Assembly: GCF_016433145.1 (NCBI RefSeq) | Contig: NC_058132.1 | Location: 193,542,034-193,606,033, forward strand | Direction of reading: 5' to 3' | From: Gracilinanus agilis | Taxonomy: Eukaryota | DNA length: 64,000 nt | Shown here: positions 12,978 to 25,476 of the stretch, piece after piece | Numbering within the stretch: the stretch's first letter is position 1 | Layout of the letters: each line of letters begins with the position of its first letter | Position numbers and translations under genes: made by a program | The notes under the pieces: generated by a model | What the model was told of the DNA's origin: nothing | The model's input: only the letters and a program-made list of their open reading frames with translations | The model's database searches: none

Positions 12978-12990
12978 GGTCGTGATTACC
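12793..12990. promoter_or_regulatory. CpG-rich bidirectional promoter FDXACB1/CFAP68
   Basis: divergent ATGs ~200 bp apart; CGTCA half-CRE at 12836, ETS-like CACTTCC at 12846; full CRE TGACGTCA nearby at 13084-13091. Confidence 0.75.
12931..12975. repeat. (GA)n microsatellite
   Basis: direct reading. Confidence 0.97.
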
Positions 12991-13023
12991 ATGACCGCAA
13001 ATATGATGGACTTTTCCAAAAAG
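12991..13023 (+). CDS. CFAP68: candidate CFAP68/C11orf1 coding exon 1 (MTANMMDFSKK)
   Basis: ACCATG Kozak; AAG|GTAAAA phase-0 donor matches the phase-0 acceptor at 14651; no recalled homology. Confidence 0.5.
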
Positions 13024-14650
13024 GTAAAACGACTCCTTCCCCCAGGACTAGCCAAGCACGAGCTGATTTCGTCAACACCTCCGTGACGTCACAAGCAATC
13101 GCCCAGGCGATGTTCCTGGTCACCAACTTTCCCGCCTCCACCCCTTATCTTGGGATGAGTCTTGGACTTCTCTTTTTAGAGATCCAGACAAGCCCGGTGA
13201 CTTGTGAGGGTCACACAGGTAGTAGGTAGTAAATGTATAAGTAGAGCTGGTCCTCAGGGTTCCAGATCCAGCACCCTTTCCATTACTCACTATAAAGATC
13301 CCCTCAGCCTGAGCTTTTCCCAAGAATTTTATCCTAGTCCTGCTCTTTGCCTCTTACCGGCTGGGTCAACCTTAAGCAAGTCATTTCTCATCTGGGCCTC
13401 TGGTTGTAAAATATAAAGGTTGGAACCCCGCCCACCGTTAGTGATGTCTCCTTTTTGAAATTACGCCATCTAAACTCAGTAATACTTGAGGTGTTTGCAC
13501 ATACAAAGTAGGCACTTAATAAATGTTTGTTCATTCGAATGGGATTAGAGGACCCCCCTGCCCTAAATCCTTTGATCCCCAGGCCTACTAAGGAAAGAGC
13601 TCCCATTCTACTCACTATTCCACTACTACAACACAAAGGATAAAAGGTTAGCTATGGTTTGAGGGCTAGGTCCTCTGAGCATCGGATCACTGCTCACTTT
13701 AGTTATCCTGCTGCCTGGGAACAGCAAACTTCACAAAGAGGGGTCAGTGACCTTTTTGCTTAGTCTTACCGTCCCATTAATACTCAGTTTCATCAACTTT
13801 GCCTAAAATATTGGGAGTGGCCTTTTCATCATGGCCTCAGAAATTCAAACAGACCAGTAGAGTGAGGATCCTGATTTGCTTTAGGTTGAAACCTTGAAAT
13901 CTAGGTTTGATGATCTGGCATCTCTTGTGAAGAGTGAGAAATGGAAAAGAAAAGTCAGGGCTTCTCTTACTGTTCTGAAAAAATTCCAAGCAGGTCATTT
14001 TATTGCAGATCATCTCCCTTTAGCTCAGATCAGGTATTTTCTTGTTTCTGAACCTGAGGTCTGAACTGGGGATGGTCAGACTTAGGGAGAACATGATAAC
14101 TGTCAGCAATTATTGAAAAGGTTGTTATAGTGGAAATAGGTTTGTTCTCCTTAACTAGAGCTAGAGCTGGGAGTGGGGATGGATGGGGGGAGGGAGGAAG
14201 AACTACGATCAATTGAGTAGAGGTTGTAAAGATGTAAATGTAGGCTTGAGGTAAGAAAATTTTTCTGTTAGAATTATACAAAAGTAGAATTGGGCTGATT
14301 TTTTTTTTTTTAGTTGTTTTGTTTGGGGTTGGTTTTTTGGAGGGGTTGAGATCTATATTGAATTTCTGGGAACCTAAAATTTTTTGGAGTTCCCTCCAAT
14401 ACAATCATCTCAGCTAAGTGGCATCCATTTATGCTTGGTGTGAGGGCAGGTAAAGAAGGAGCTACTGGTATATGATAGAACAGGAACCAAAGAATGGACT
14501 GCAGCAAACTTTGGGAAGAACCTGAACTTTCATTGGACTTCATATCTTTCCAAGAAATGTTTCTTATCTCACTGTGTGAAACAGAGAATGAAAAAAAAAA
14601 ACCAAATTCTGTTATCTTTATAAAGGTTTCCTTTTTCTGCTTTTCCCTAG

Positions 14651-14881
14651 AAAATATCCTTTTCTTGCTTTCTCACAAATCCACAATATGGCTGCCTAAT
14701 GCATGCAGATGGCCATGGTGAAGTATGGACAGACTGGAATGAAATGTCCAAGTTTTTCCAGTATGGATGGAGATGTACAACCAATGAAAATTCTTACTCC
14801 AACCGTACCTTAATGGGCAACTGGAACCAGGAGAGGTATAGCCTTGAGAAGATTGTTCAACCACAACCACTACCTTCCAAG
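14651..14881 (+). CDS. CFAP68: CFAP68/C11orf1 exon 2
   Basis: CFLTNP..ADGHGEVWTDWN.MSKFFQYGWRCTTNENSYSNRTLMGNWNQERY; TTTTCCCTAG acceptor; AAG|GTAACC donor. Confidence 0.95.
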
Positions 14882-15301
14882 GTAACCTTACTTCTTTTTC
14901 TTCTTTTGGCCTATTTCTTTATCAGAGAAAACTACATGGTGCTTATAAGAGAATTATGCACCCTAACTACAAATTGGAAATTACCTTTTGATAACTGACA
15001 CAAAAGATGCCGTGTAATTCCTCATCAAGCAAGATAGGATTTTTATCCTATCTACTAATTCTGTCTCAATACTGTTCACACATCCCTAAAACACCAGTGG
15101 CTCCTAGATAAGGGTAGATTCCCCCATAATCATACTGAATACATATACTTGAACTTTCCTCATGGGAATCTTTGGTGCAAAGTCTCCCTCTAGTCCATAT
15201 AAGCTGAAGCAAAGTCTGTTACTACTAGTGCCATGGAGACCTCTGTTCTTTGAGACTTGGCTGCATAATTTTTACTGAAATATCTCTGTTTTCCTTTCTA
15301 G

Positions 15302-15368
15302 TTTGGTCACTATTTTGAAACAACCTTTGGTGCCAGCTACAGAAAGAAGCTACCTCCAACACAAAGTA
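15302..15368 (+). CDS. CFAP68: CFAP68/C11orf1 exon 3
   Basis: FGHYFETTFGASY; TTTCTAG acceptor; A|GTAAGT donor, phase 1. Confidence 0.92.
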
Positions 15369-15944
15369 GTAAGTATTTTAAGGTGGAGGGCAGGGTTGGG
15401 ATGAGGTAGTAGTATTCACTGCTCCTACCTACTAAAATTAAGCCCACTTCAAATGGGTGTTTTAGAATGTTTTACCTCTAAAATCCACTATTGCTAAAAT
15501 TCCCCAGGATTCTTCCAGCCTAGAATATAGACTTTTTTCCCCATTGAGTTACTGTAGGAAACCTATCCTATCCACTACAGGTTGTTTCTTTGTATTGAAA
15601 TAACCAGTTCCCTACTTTCTCCAATGTAAACAGTCCTAATATCTGTGTAGTACAGTGGGGGGAAATGCACTATATTGGGCATTGGGAGAGACCTGGGTTT
15701 TTATCCCAATTTTGAAAGTAAGTATGACCCAAGAGCAAATTATTTTACCCTCTGAGCTTGAATTTTCTCATCTATAAAATGGAGATAATACATTCTGATT
15801 TTACCTAGCTCACAGTTATTGAAAGGATCAAGAAAAATAATGTATGTAAAACATTTAATTATTATGTAAATATCAGCTAGTAGTTTTATTAAGATAAACC
15901 CTGTTCAGTGGTGTAACTTTTCCATTTCCTATCTTTCCCTGCAG

Positions 15945-16111
15945 GATTTAAAAAAGAACCTCACTGTTTCCCTGGACATCAAACTGAGCTTATTCCTCCT
16001 CCATACAAAGCTAGTGCCACAGGAAGGACAGATTACATGATTAATTATTCAGGACCTAATACCAGCAAAGGCCTTGGATATCTATGTGATCCCATAGATG
16101 AGCTATACTAA
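15945..16111 (+). CDS. CFAP68: CFAP68/C11orf1 last exon
   Basis: RFKKEPHCFPGHQTELIPPPY..; CCCTGCAG acceptor; TAA at 16109-16111. Confidence 0.92.
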
Positions 16112-16239
16112 GGCCCAACCTCTAGGGAGGAAACAAGACAGGCTTCTTTTTTCTAACGTAGACTATAACTGTGAATAGTGTTTCTATTCAATACATAAGA
16201 ATTTTGTTATCTGTCATATAGTATAGTAACTCTTCTGAG

Positions 16240-16252
16240 AATAAAAAATAAA
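16240..16252 (+). terminator. tandem AATAAA poly(A) signals of CFAP68
   Basis: AATAAA at 16240 and 16247, ~130 nt after the stop. Confidence 0.7.
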
Positions 16253-16874
16253 GCCCTTAAGAATTAGAAGCTAATTTCTGCTGTTTTTTTTCTCCCCCGT
16301 TCTTAACCTAAGAAGTCAATATTGCCTTTCAGTTATTGAAATGTAGGCACAATACTTGTATAGGAGTGTGATAAGAAGATAACTCTGTGGCTTCAGGAGA
16401 ATGTCATTGTTCTCTGATCCAGGACAACTCCATCTTGCCTCTCTGCAAATAATTAATTCCCAAATGATTAAAACTCTAATAATCTTCTGTAAGACATTTT
16501 CTTTCATAAATGTGGTAAAAGATATATATCTCATATCACTTCCCTTGTACATTCCTTACACAGCACATGGACTGTGGATGAAGCTTTTTTCTTAAAACCC
16601 TTATCTTTTATCAACACTAATAAGTATTGGTTCCAAGGCAGAAGAATGGGAAGGGCTTAAGTGACCTGTCCAGGGTCACACAGCTAGGACCTGTCTGAGG
16701 CCGGATCTGAACCCAAGACTCTTGTCCCCAGACCTGGTGCTCTATCCACTGAACCACCTAGCTGCCCTATTAGAAGAAACTTATAATGGTAAATGAGATG
16801 AAGAGATGCTGGTAATCCACCTCAGAGTAAGATATTCTCCCTCTCCTAGTGCTTGATATCAGCAGGCCTTTTTG

Positions 16875-17298
16875 TCTGGAAAGTGATTTGTGGTTGTGTT
16901 CATATAATTCCTGTGTTTGTTTTGGTAGATAGATTCCTTAGTGTTTTACACTGTGATTTTACATGGTATTTCTCTTTCTAACTCTTGCTGCTGAGATGTG
17001 TTGTAAGTATATAGAAATGCTGATGATTTATCTGCATTTATTTTGTATCCTGAAACTTTGCTAAAGTTGTTGATTATTTCTACTAGTTTCTTAGTTGATT
17101 CTCTAGGATTTTTTAAGTAGACCATCATATCATCTGCAAAGAGTGATAGCTTGGTCTCCTCATTGCCTATTTTGATACCTTCAATTTCTTTTTCTTCTCT
17201 AATTGCTACTGCTAATGTTTCTAGTACAATGTTAAATAATAGAGGTGATAATGGGCATCCTTGTTTCACTCCTGATCTTACTGGGAAGACTTCTAATT
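16875..17298 (-). mobile_element. internal L1 ORF2 (RT) fragment without 3'UTR or poly-A, flanked by a 16-bp TSD
   Basis: [29 protein letters not shown]; TCAGCAGGCCTTTTTG at 16859-16874 and 17299-17314. Confidence 0.9.
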
Positions 17299-18076
17299 TC
17301 AGCAGGCCTTTTTGCAGGAGAATGAGAAACAAATTTTTAGATCTTCGCTTTCTTTTAGGCATCACCTCTTTGCTTCCTTTTTTGAAAGTTTTATCTCTTG
17401 TAACCTATACAACCTACAATTTCTTCCCATTTATACTTTTTTTCTCCTCGGTGTTCTGAGCCTTGGAACTAGATCTTCCCTTGCAATATAAACTAGTGTT
17501 TTGGAGACAGAGAAGTCTTGGACTTCTCCAGAGTTCTGAGGACAGAAAATGAAATGCAAAAATGCCATAAGCTTTATGTGTAATGTAAGGTTCAGGACTG
17601 ATGGAATAAAGATGCTGGTTGAATTATTTTCTTCTGTTTCCAAATAAATACGCAGTGCAGAAAACTAGCAGGAATACATTCTGAAAGATCATTTTTTTTT
17701 TTTTATGCAGATGGTAGGTATGGCTATATCCCATACCATGTTCCTTCTGGAAGCCTTTTCCTCTATCCAAGGATTTAAAATAAGGAAAAAGGTAAAGGAA
17801 TGTTTTATGTGCAAATCCAAAACTTAACATAAGTAGCAAATTATCTGTTTGTCTATTTTTTGTCTTCTTCATAATTCCACACAATTACCTTATTAATTAG
17901 CCTATGGCTAACTAATAGAACAATTTTCTTAATCAAGTCAGAACCTTAATCTGTTCAAAGGCAATTGCAAAGCATCTAAAACAAAGATCTTATCACAGTA
18001 TAATCTTCATGTTGTGATATTCAAAATTTGAGAGTTCAAATGTAAGCATGGAAATATCTAGCCTCTTCCTTCTCCC

Positions 18077-18820
18077 TGAAAGATTCATATATGAATTTGG
18101 AAAGCTTATACAGGCATAGGCCTAACTCTGGACCTAGATATGGCCACATAGTATTGGTCCAAGGACAGGCATGAAGGAGGATATCTCCTGGGACCCTAGC
18201 CAGGCCCCAGGTGGATGTCTAACTCTTTGTATGCCGACAGTTTCTAGGAACTCACCACTCCCAAAAAACTATAAACAGTCCCATGGATCTTTCAGGGAGG
18301 GTTGGCCCCCTCTCTTGGGAAGATTCTTGGAATCAAAATTGTTTAGTCCCTGGTCTTTGGCTTTAATCCCTCACGCCCCATTCCTCCGCAAGATTAGCCA
18401 AGTCATGCAAGCATACTGGCCAAAAGCCACTTTTGTCTATGATCCCCATAAAGGTCCTTTTGAAGCCCTCAGCCCTCTGGAGTCTCACCCGTGAAGAGGA
18501 CGCCCTGCCTGGGACTGTCCCAGTCGGGACTCTGGGTGGCTGTACCGGGACCCCCAGCCTTGTGAACCCAGGAGTTGGTGTCTCCCCTGATTTGGTGTCT
18601 CCCCCCATTTGGTGATAAATTCTTTGTTTATATAGGCTTTTATTGCTTTCACTTTCATGCTTCTTAGTTGTATATTTTATTGTTGCTGTAATCAAATATT
18701 TCACTGTCCATTTTATAATTAATAAATGATTCTTACTGAAAACTGTGGTGCCAGAGTGACCTTGCGGAGGAGCAAGTTTGAACATGGTCTCCTAATGAGA
18801 CAAATTCCCTTAATAAGACA
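18077..18820 (+). mobile_element. solo LTR
   Basis: TG...CA ends, 5-bp TSD CTCCC, TATA-like at ~18630, AATAAA at 18721. Confidence 0.8.
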
Positions 18821-19821
18821 CTCCCCCACTTTGACTTTGCTGTCCAAAATAATTCACCATCTCTCCAAATTTGTTATCTTCCCCTATTAGAATGTAAGCT
18901 CCTTGAGGGTAGGGCTTGTCTTGGTTATTTGTATTTGTAAGTAAATGCTTAATAAATGTTCTATCATTCTTTTAAGTTTTTTTCAATTAACAAGCATTTG
19001 CCTTCTCTTTTGCCTACCCTCTACTGAAAAAAAAAAAAGGAACAACACTTTGAAACAACTGTGAGTAGTCATGCAATACAAATTCCTATATTGACTATGT
19101 CCAAAAACTTGTGCCTCATTCTTCATATCTAGCTCATTGCTTCTTTGCAAGGAGATAGATAACATCCTTCATTATTGCCCCTCTGAAATCAGAGTTGGTC
19201 ATTGCATTGATATTAATTTTATTGCATTCTTAAATATTTCCAAGGGTGTTTTTTTTTTGTTTTATAATGCATAAATAACATAAACTGTTTCCTGGTTTTC
19301 TGCTCACTTAAGTCTCCCCTGATTCCTCTGAAACTATTCTCTTCATCAGGGTAGCCAAGTGGCATAGGAGATAAGAGTACTGGGGCTGGAGTCACAAAGA
19401 CATGAATTCAAATCCAGCCTTCGACACTTACTAGCTGTGTGTCACTGGTCAAGTCACTTAACTCCATTTGCCTTATTTTCCACATTTGTCAAATGAGCTA
19501 GAGAAGGCAATGGCAAACCAATCCATTATCTTTGTGAAGAAAAACCTAAGTGGGCTCATTAAGAGTTGGACACAACTGAAAAACTGAACATCCTCTTCCT
19601 CATTTCTTATGGCATAACAATATTCTATTATAATATAATCTGTTTATCCATTCCTCAACCAAAGGATACCCCTTCAGTTTCCAGTTCTTTGTAATAACAG
19701 AAGTTTCTGTAAATATTTTTGTACGTATGCATATTTTTACTCTTTAAAATTTTTTTAAATATTTGTAAAAATTCATGTAACATTCAGTTGATTGTGTATA
19801 TGGAATTATTAGATCTATATA

Positions 19822-20335
19822 TAGTAGTCTCCCCTTATCCACATCTTGCTTTCTGAAGTTTTAGTTACCTAAGGTAAAGTAAAGTAACCACTGGGACCTG
19901 AGTGAGGACAGACAGAAGATAGGCAAAAGGTGGGCCAGCAGATGACAGGTAAGAGCAAAGTTCTCTTTCTGTACCTGGGGTCTGCCTCCAGCAGCAGTCT
20001 GTCCACATCAGTGATCTCTCATATCAGTTTTGCTTTTACTTGGAAGTTTTGTTTTTTGTAGGGGCCAGAAAAATGGTGGGCTGTGGACTACTGAAGCAAG
20101 GGACTGGAGCAAGCAGAGAGAATACTGACTGTACAGTACTATATAATAATGTACAATATGTATTATTATTAACTAATGTTGGTAATATCTTATTGTGTGT
20201 TTAATTTATCAATTAAACTTTATTATTCATATGTATGTACAAGAAAATAACATTATACATGGAGTCAACAGGTATTCTCTTATATCCACAGTAGGTCTTA
20301 GAATGTATCCCACTTCGATACAGGGACCTATCTTA
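19822..20335. mobile_element. Tigger/pogo-type DNA transposon remnant (Tigger4/MER46-like)
   Basis: degenerate ends TAGTAGTCTCCCCTTATCC and GATACAGGGACCTA resemble recalled Tigger4 TIRs. Confidence 0.55.
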
Positions 20336-20675
20336 TTATCATATCAATTTAACTTTGTATCCAAACATAGTTTGGCTTAGTTTTTGGAAAGAAATTACCA
20401 AAAGAACAAGTCCCAAATTCAGTCATTTGTACTAGACATAGTGAATAAGACAGAGCATTTGAACAAAGAATTATTCATAAAGATAACAATAGCTAGCACA
20501 TTTGAAAGGATGAGTAAGATTCTAAGGTGATAATTGGAATCTGGAACAGAGAAGAAACAAAAGCATGAGTGTGAAAATACCTAGGATGTGTTTGGGAGAT
20601 GGAGAATAGAGAAGCAAAACCTGTTCTGTAGTCCACATCAACTATATACAGGAACAGTCTACACTCTGAGTCCTT

Positions 20676-21516
20676 TGTAATAAGTTATTTGTTAATTATC
20701 TAAGTAATTAGAGGTTCTGAATAACTAGGAATAAGTAATAGGGCTGGATAGATGGTTGTGAGTGGTACAGGGATCCTTTAACTCAGAGGAATTCTCAAGA
20801 GATCATGGGGAAAAGAATTCTCAGCTTCCCCTAGGAGGGACAATTAGGAATTTACTGGACCCTCTTTGAGTCTGTTGCTCAGAGGGTGGATGGTTGAAGT
20901 TTCCTTGGGAAATCTTGGAAGAGTTAATGACAGTTGGTTTGGGAAAACACCTGGAGGTTTGGAGAAAGATTGTAAATCTGATCTTCTGTGAGAGAAATCG
21001 GCTTAGCTGTTTCCTGTGAAAAGACAGGGGAGCAACAGCAGGAGGCAGAAGAGAGTGTCAGTAAAAATCTGTCAGAAGCAGGAGAAGCTGAATCTCTGTG
21101 GCTGGAGAGATAGAAGTTACATTAAATCTTTAAAGATATAATGTAAGTAAATTACAAATAGATTAGATAGTTAGCAATATATTTTAGAGATATTAAGGAG
21201 TTTAGAGTAGGCCTGGTTTTCCAGGCAGAAGACACTCCTTGTAGAACAGTTTTTGGGGGGTTTTGGGGTTCAGTTACAAATCTTTAGTTTAGGAAAAAAT
21301 ATATATATATATCAATAATCAATATATTTCATAACTTTCCTTTTCTTTCCCTGCATCCTTATAGTTAAATAAATAGCTTTTCTATAACCAGTCTCCAGCA
21401 GTTTCATCAACTATTAATCCAGTTGATTCCCTCAACTGACAAAGGAATCTCCTAAGTAATAGCCTACCAATAATTATCAATAGCAATCAATATCAGGATC
21501 AATATTCCCCATAACA
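20676..21516 (+). mobile_element. solo LTR (ERV1-like)
   Basis: TGTAAT...ATAACA, 4-bp TSD CCTT, AATAAA at 21368. Confidence 0.8.
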
Positions 21517-22706
21517 CCTTCACCCTTCTCTTCGGAGGTAGATGGAGTGTTTCATCATGAGTCCTCTGGAACTGTGGCTGGTTCCATTGTATCGATCAGA
21601 ATTTCTACATCTTTCATAGTTGTTTGTCCTTACAGTAACATTATTATTATTATTATTATTATATAAATTGTTGTCCTGGTTCTGTTCACATCACTTTGCA
21701 TCAATTCATATGTCTCGGATTTTTCTAAAACTGTTCCTTTCATCATTTCTTATAATACAATAGCATTTCATCACATATGTTTATCACAACTGATTCAGCT
21801 GTTCCCCAATTGATGAGCATCCCTCAGTTTCTAATTCTTTGCCAACACAAAAACAGCTGTCATAAATATTTTTGTACAAGTATCTCTCTGGGTTATAGAT
21901 CTAGTAGTGGTATTGCTGAGACAAAGGGTCTGCACAGTTTAGTACTTTTTGGGGCAGAGTTCCAAATCACTTTCTCAGAATAGTTGAATGAATTCACAGT
22001 TCCACCAACAATGCTATTAAATATATTTGTTTCCCTCCAATACCTCTAACATTCCTCTTTTGCCTGTCTTGCCAATCCATTAGGTATGAGGTGTACCTAA
22101 GAGATGTTTTAATGTATGTTTCTCTATTCATGATTTAGAACTTTTTTTTTCAAACGACAATTGATAACTTGGAATTCTTTGACTAATAACTGCCAATTCA
22201 TATCTTTTGATCCATTTGTCAATTAGGGGAATGTCAAATAGGGGAATGGCTCTTAAAAACATTTGAGTCAAACATTTGAAATCTTAATTTAGGAGAGTAA
22301 ATTTGACTTATAGGTATCAATGAGCCTTGGTAGAATGGAAGATATAACCAAAACTGGCTGGAATTGCATAACAGTTATATAATTGAGTTATAATACTTCA
22401 TTCATATGAGGAAATCCATGAATTGAAAGGAGGAAGTATAGTGAAAATAATTTTAATGGAATTATATTTGATGGGGAAAATAGAAGTTATACGGTGGTAG
22501 AGATGTAGATCATTCACAATCTGAGGAAAGCATCACACACTGGGCACAGAAGCATGATATAGTAATGGTTAAGATTTCAAATATATTGAAATGTGATAAT
22601 CTCTACAGAAAGCAAAGTTAAGAATATTTCTGTTCTCAAAAAATAGAAGAGGGGGGCAGCACTGGATAAAGAGCCAGGGGCTAGAGACTGATTCTAGGTT
22701 CTAGAG

Positions 22707-23016
22707 CAGTGATTCTCAAAGTGGGCACCACCATCCCCTGGTGTGTGCTGCAGTGATCCAGGGGAGCAGTGATGGCCACAGGTGCATTTGGGGGCGGTGA
22801 ATAGTTTAGGTCAATAAATAGTTTCATAATTTCAAAGTTCGATATTTCTAATTTACACCTTTCTTTACTATATTTTATGAAAAAGGTAGAAACATTAATA
22901 CATATATCTTTCCTATTAATTGCTATTAAAATTTTTTAAAAATTAATTTCCAGGGGGCTCTAAGTAATATTTTTCTGGAAAGGGGGCAGTAGGCCAAAAA
23001 TGTTTGGGAACCATTG
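22707..23016. mobile_element. hAT MITE inserted inside a SINE (SINE halves 22651-22698 and 23025-23177)
   Basis: TIR CAGTGATTCTCAAA / TTTGGGAACCATTG; perfect 8-bp TSD TTCTAGAG. Confidence 0.9.
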
Positions 23017-24156
23017 TTCTAGAGAGTAGGTTTGGATATCGTTTTAGACACTTCCTTGCTGTGTGACTCTGGACAAGTCATTCAACTTTCATTGCCTAGA
23101 CTGTACCACTCTTCTGCCTTGGAACCAATACATAGTATTGATTCTAAGGCAAAAAAGGTAAGGGTTTTTTAAAAAAGAAGAAAATAAGCAACAGGTACTA
23201 TTATTCAGCAACTTCTCACCAACACGAAGAAACTCATTCCTAAAGTAGAAATGATAAAAACTTTTGGTGAAAGTGAACATAATCTTAAAGCTCTTGATAG
23301 CTAAGAGATAGAAAGCCAAGCATAGCTGATAGGCACCCTATATTTGGGGCTTGTAGATTTTGGAAAGTTAAGGAAAAGTATTTAAAGCATACCATGACTT
23401 AGGATTGTAAAATGGGAGTTAATCTAAGGAACCTCCCAAGGTCGAAATTCTAATATAAAAACAAGCAACCCCAATAAGGAAGAAAAGAAGGAGCTTTCCA
23501 AAAAGACAAATAATTGCCCAGGGGACTTACAAACAACTTGGGTTGTTTTGTTTTTTTATTTTAACTTACATTTTTTTAAACCCTTACCTTCTGTCTTAGA
23601 ATCATTGGTTCTAAGGTAGAAGAGTGGTAAGTGCTAGGCAATGGGGGTTAAGTGACTTGCCCAGGGTCACACAGCCAGGAGGTGTCTGAGACCAAATTTG
23701 AACCTAGAATCTCCTGTCTCTAGGCCTAGTTCTCAGTCCACTGAGCTACTCAGCTGCCCCGTTCACTTGGATTTTTAAAAGACATTCAAAAGGTCTAAAA
23801 AAATGTAGAATAACTAGAAATTAATTGGAAAAATGGCACAATCCTGTGATAATTGTATCAAAGACACCAAATCTAAGAATGGGCTGAGGCTGGTGATTAA
23901 TGGCCAGGGCTTCTCCCAAACAGGTACATTTTAAACTTTGTTAGAATCAAGAGGAAAAACAAAGGAGGGATGGGACTGCTACTCAGGATAGATGGGATAA
24001 TAATAATGGACAACAGAAAAAGTGGAATAACAACTCTAATTTTTATAAGAATAGAGTTGAGAGTTCATGACAACCAAAATATGGCACAAAAGCTGGGGGC
24101 CAGGACAGAAATATGGATTCTATTTGCTTTACAAACTTGAAAGGCAATGAAACAGA

Positions 24157-25055
24157 TGTTGGGAGCAAGGCACATCCCTAGACCTTAGTCCCACGAAATT
24201 CCTATGAAGTATTTTTTAAGTAAAGTTCCTAAAATGGGTTTTAGAGAGACAGATTCATAATCCACAAGTAATTTTCCAACCCTAAATCAGTTGTCTAGGA
24301 CCCTGGACCTCAAGTCAACACTAGGCAAAAACAGTCAAAAGATTACCCAGAACAATTGGCTCTTGTCTGATCTGTCTCTGAATGTTGTGGCTTATAGCTT
24401 CTACCATGTTCTACAAGAGCATCAACTGTCCCTTCTAAGGCTATTAAATTTTAGTATATTGGAACAAAGGATAGCAAAAGATCCTGAAGAACTGAAGTCC
24501 AGCAGAGGGTAGCAGAGAGCAATTGAGGGACCATAGAATTGATGGAAATGCCCAGCAGAGACAACATAGCAGGGTGAAGATTCAATGCAGAGATAACATA
24601 ATACCCAATAGAGAGCATCACAGTGATGTCACCAGAGGAAAAGAGCAGGTATGTATTTTCAAAGGGATGTTATATTTGTCACATATGTGCCTTGACCTCA
24701 TGGGTTTCAGACCTTTATGCTTTACACACATGCATCCTGATCACACAAGCTGCTGGCATATGTCCTTTGACACATGTTCTGTGGCTACACACATTCTCTA
24801 CAGGCATGTCTTCCATCCGTGATACCTTATTATGTGTGTTGTCTTTGTGTTTTCCCTCTCCCCACCAATTGTTTGGTAGATAACCTGTGGGAAACTGTAC
24901 TCCATATATGGAGGGTAGGGAGTCTTTCCTTGTCACTTTATTTGCTTTGCCATTTGATTAAATATGTTTTGTTTTGAATTTATTTGTCCTCTAGTTGGCT
25001 GGCAAAAGTAAATATTTATCAATTGGGGATTGTGAGCTATGATTTTTTAATCCCA
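24157..25055. mobile_element. LTR-like segment, boundaries uncertain
   Basis: TG start candidates at 24157/24383, ATTAAA near 24957; no clean TSD. Confidence 0.4.
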
Positions 25056-25092
25056 TGGAAGGCCTCAAACCTGAAAGAGCTTTTCTGACATC

Positions 25093-25476
25093 TGTAAGAT
25101 TTAAGTTAATATCAATAATCCCAAGTATTAATTTTATAAAGCTTATTAATAATCACTTGAAGTAGAAGAAATAAAAAAAAAGAAATAGAAGTTCAAAACC
25201 TAATTTTCTAACTAAAGTAAGACCAAATGTGTAAATTCTCCTGCCTGGCTGAAAGCCAGCTTCAGCAGCCGTTCAAGGAAAAAGAGAGAGAGAGGCGGGG
25301 TCACACCAAAACTTTATCTTCCATAAGTATGCACACAGCGTGAGTACACAAATGGGATGCTGGGTAAGAGAGTCCTGGGGAGCAAATTCTATCCACACAC
25401 ACATCCATATATGAGGGAGTGTCCCAGATGCAGCATTTTATATCTATTTTCTCTAAGAAGGAAAACAATCTTTACA
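25093..25476. mobile_element. probable solo LTR
   Basis: terminal inverted ends TGTAAGATT / AATCTTTACA; no TSD found. Confidence 0.55.
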
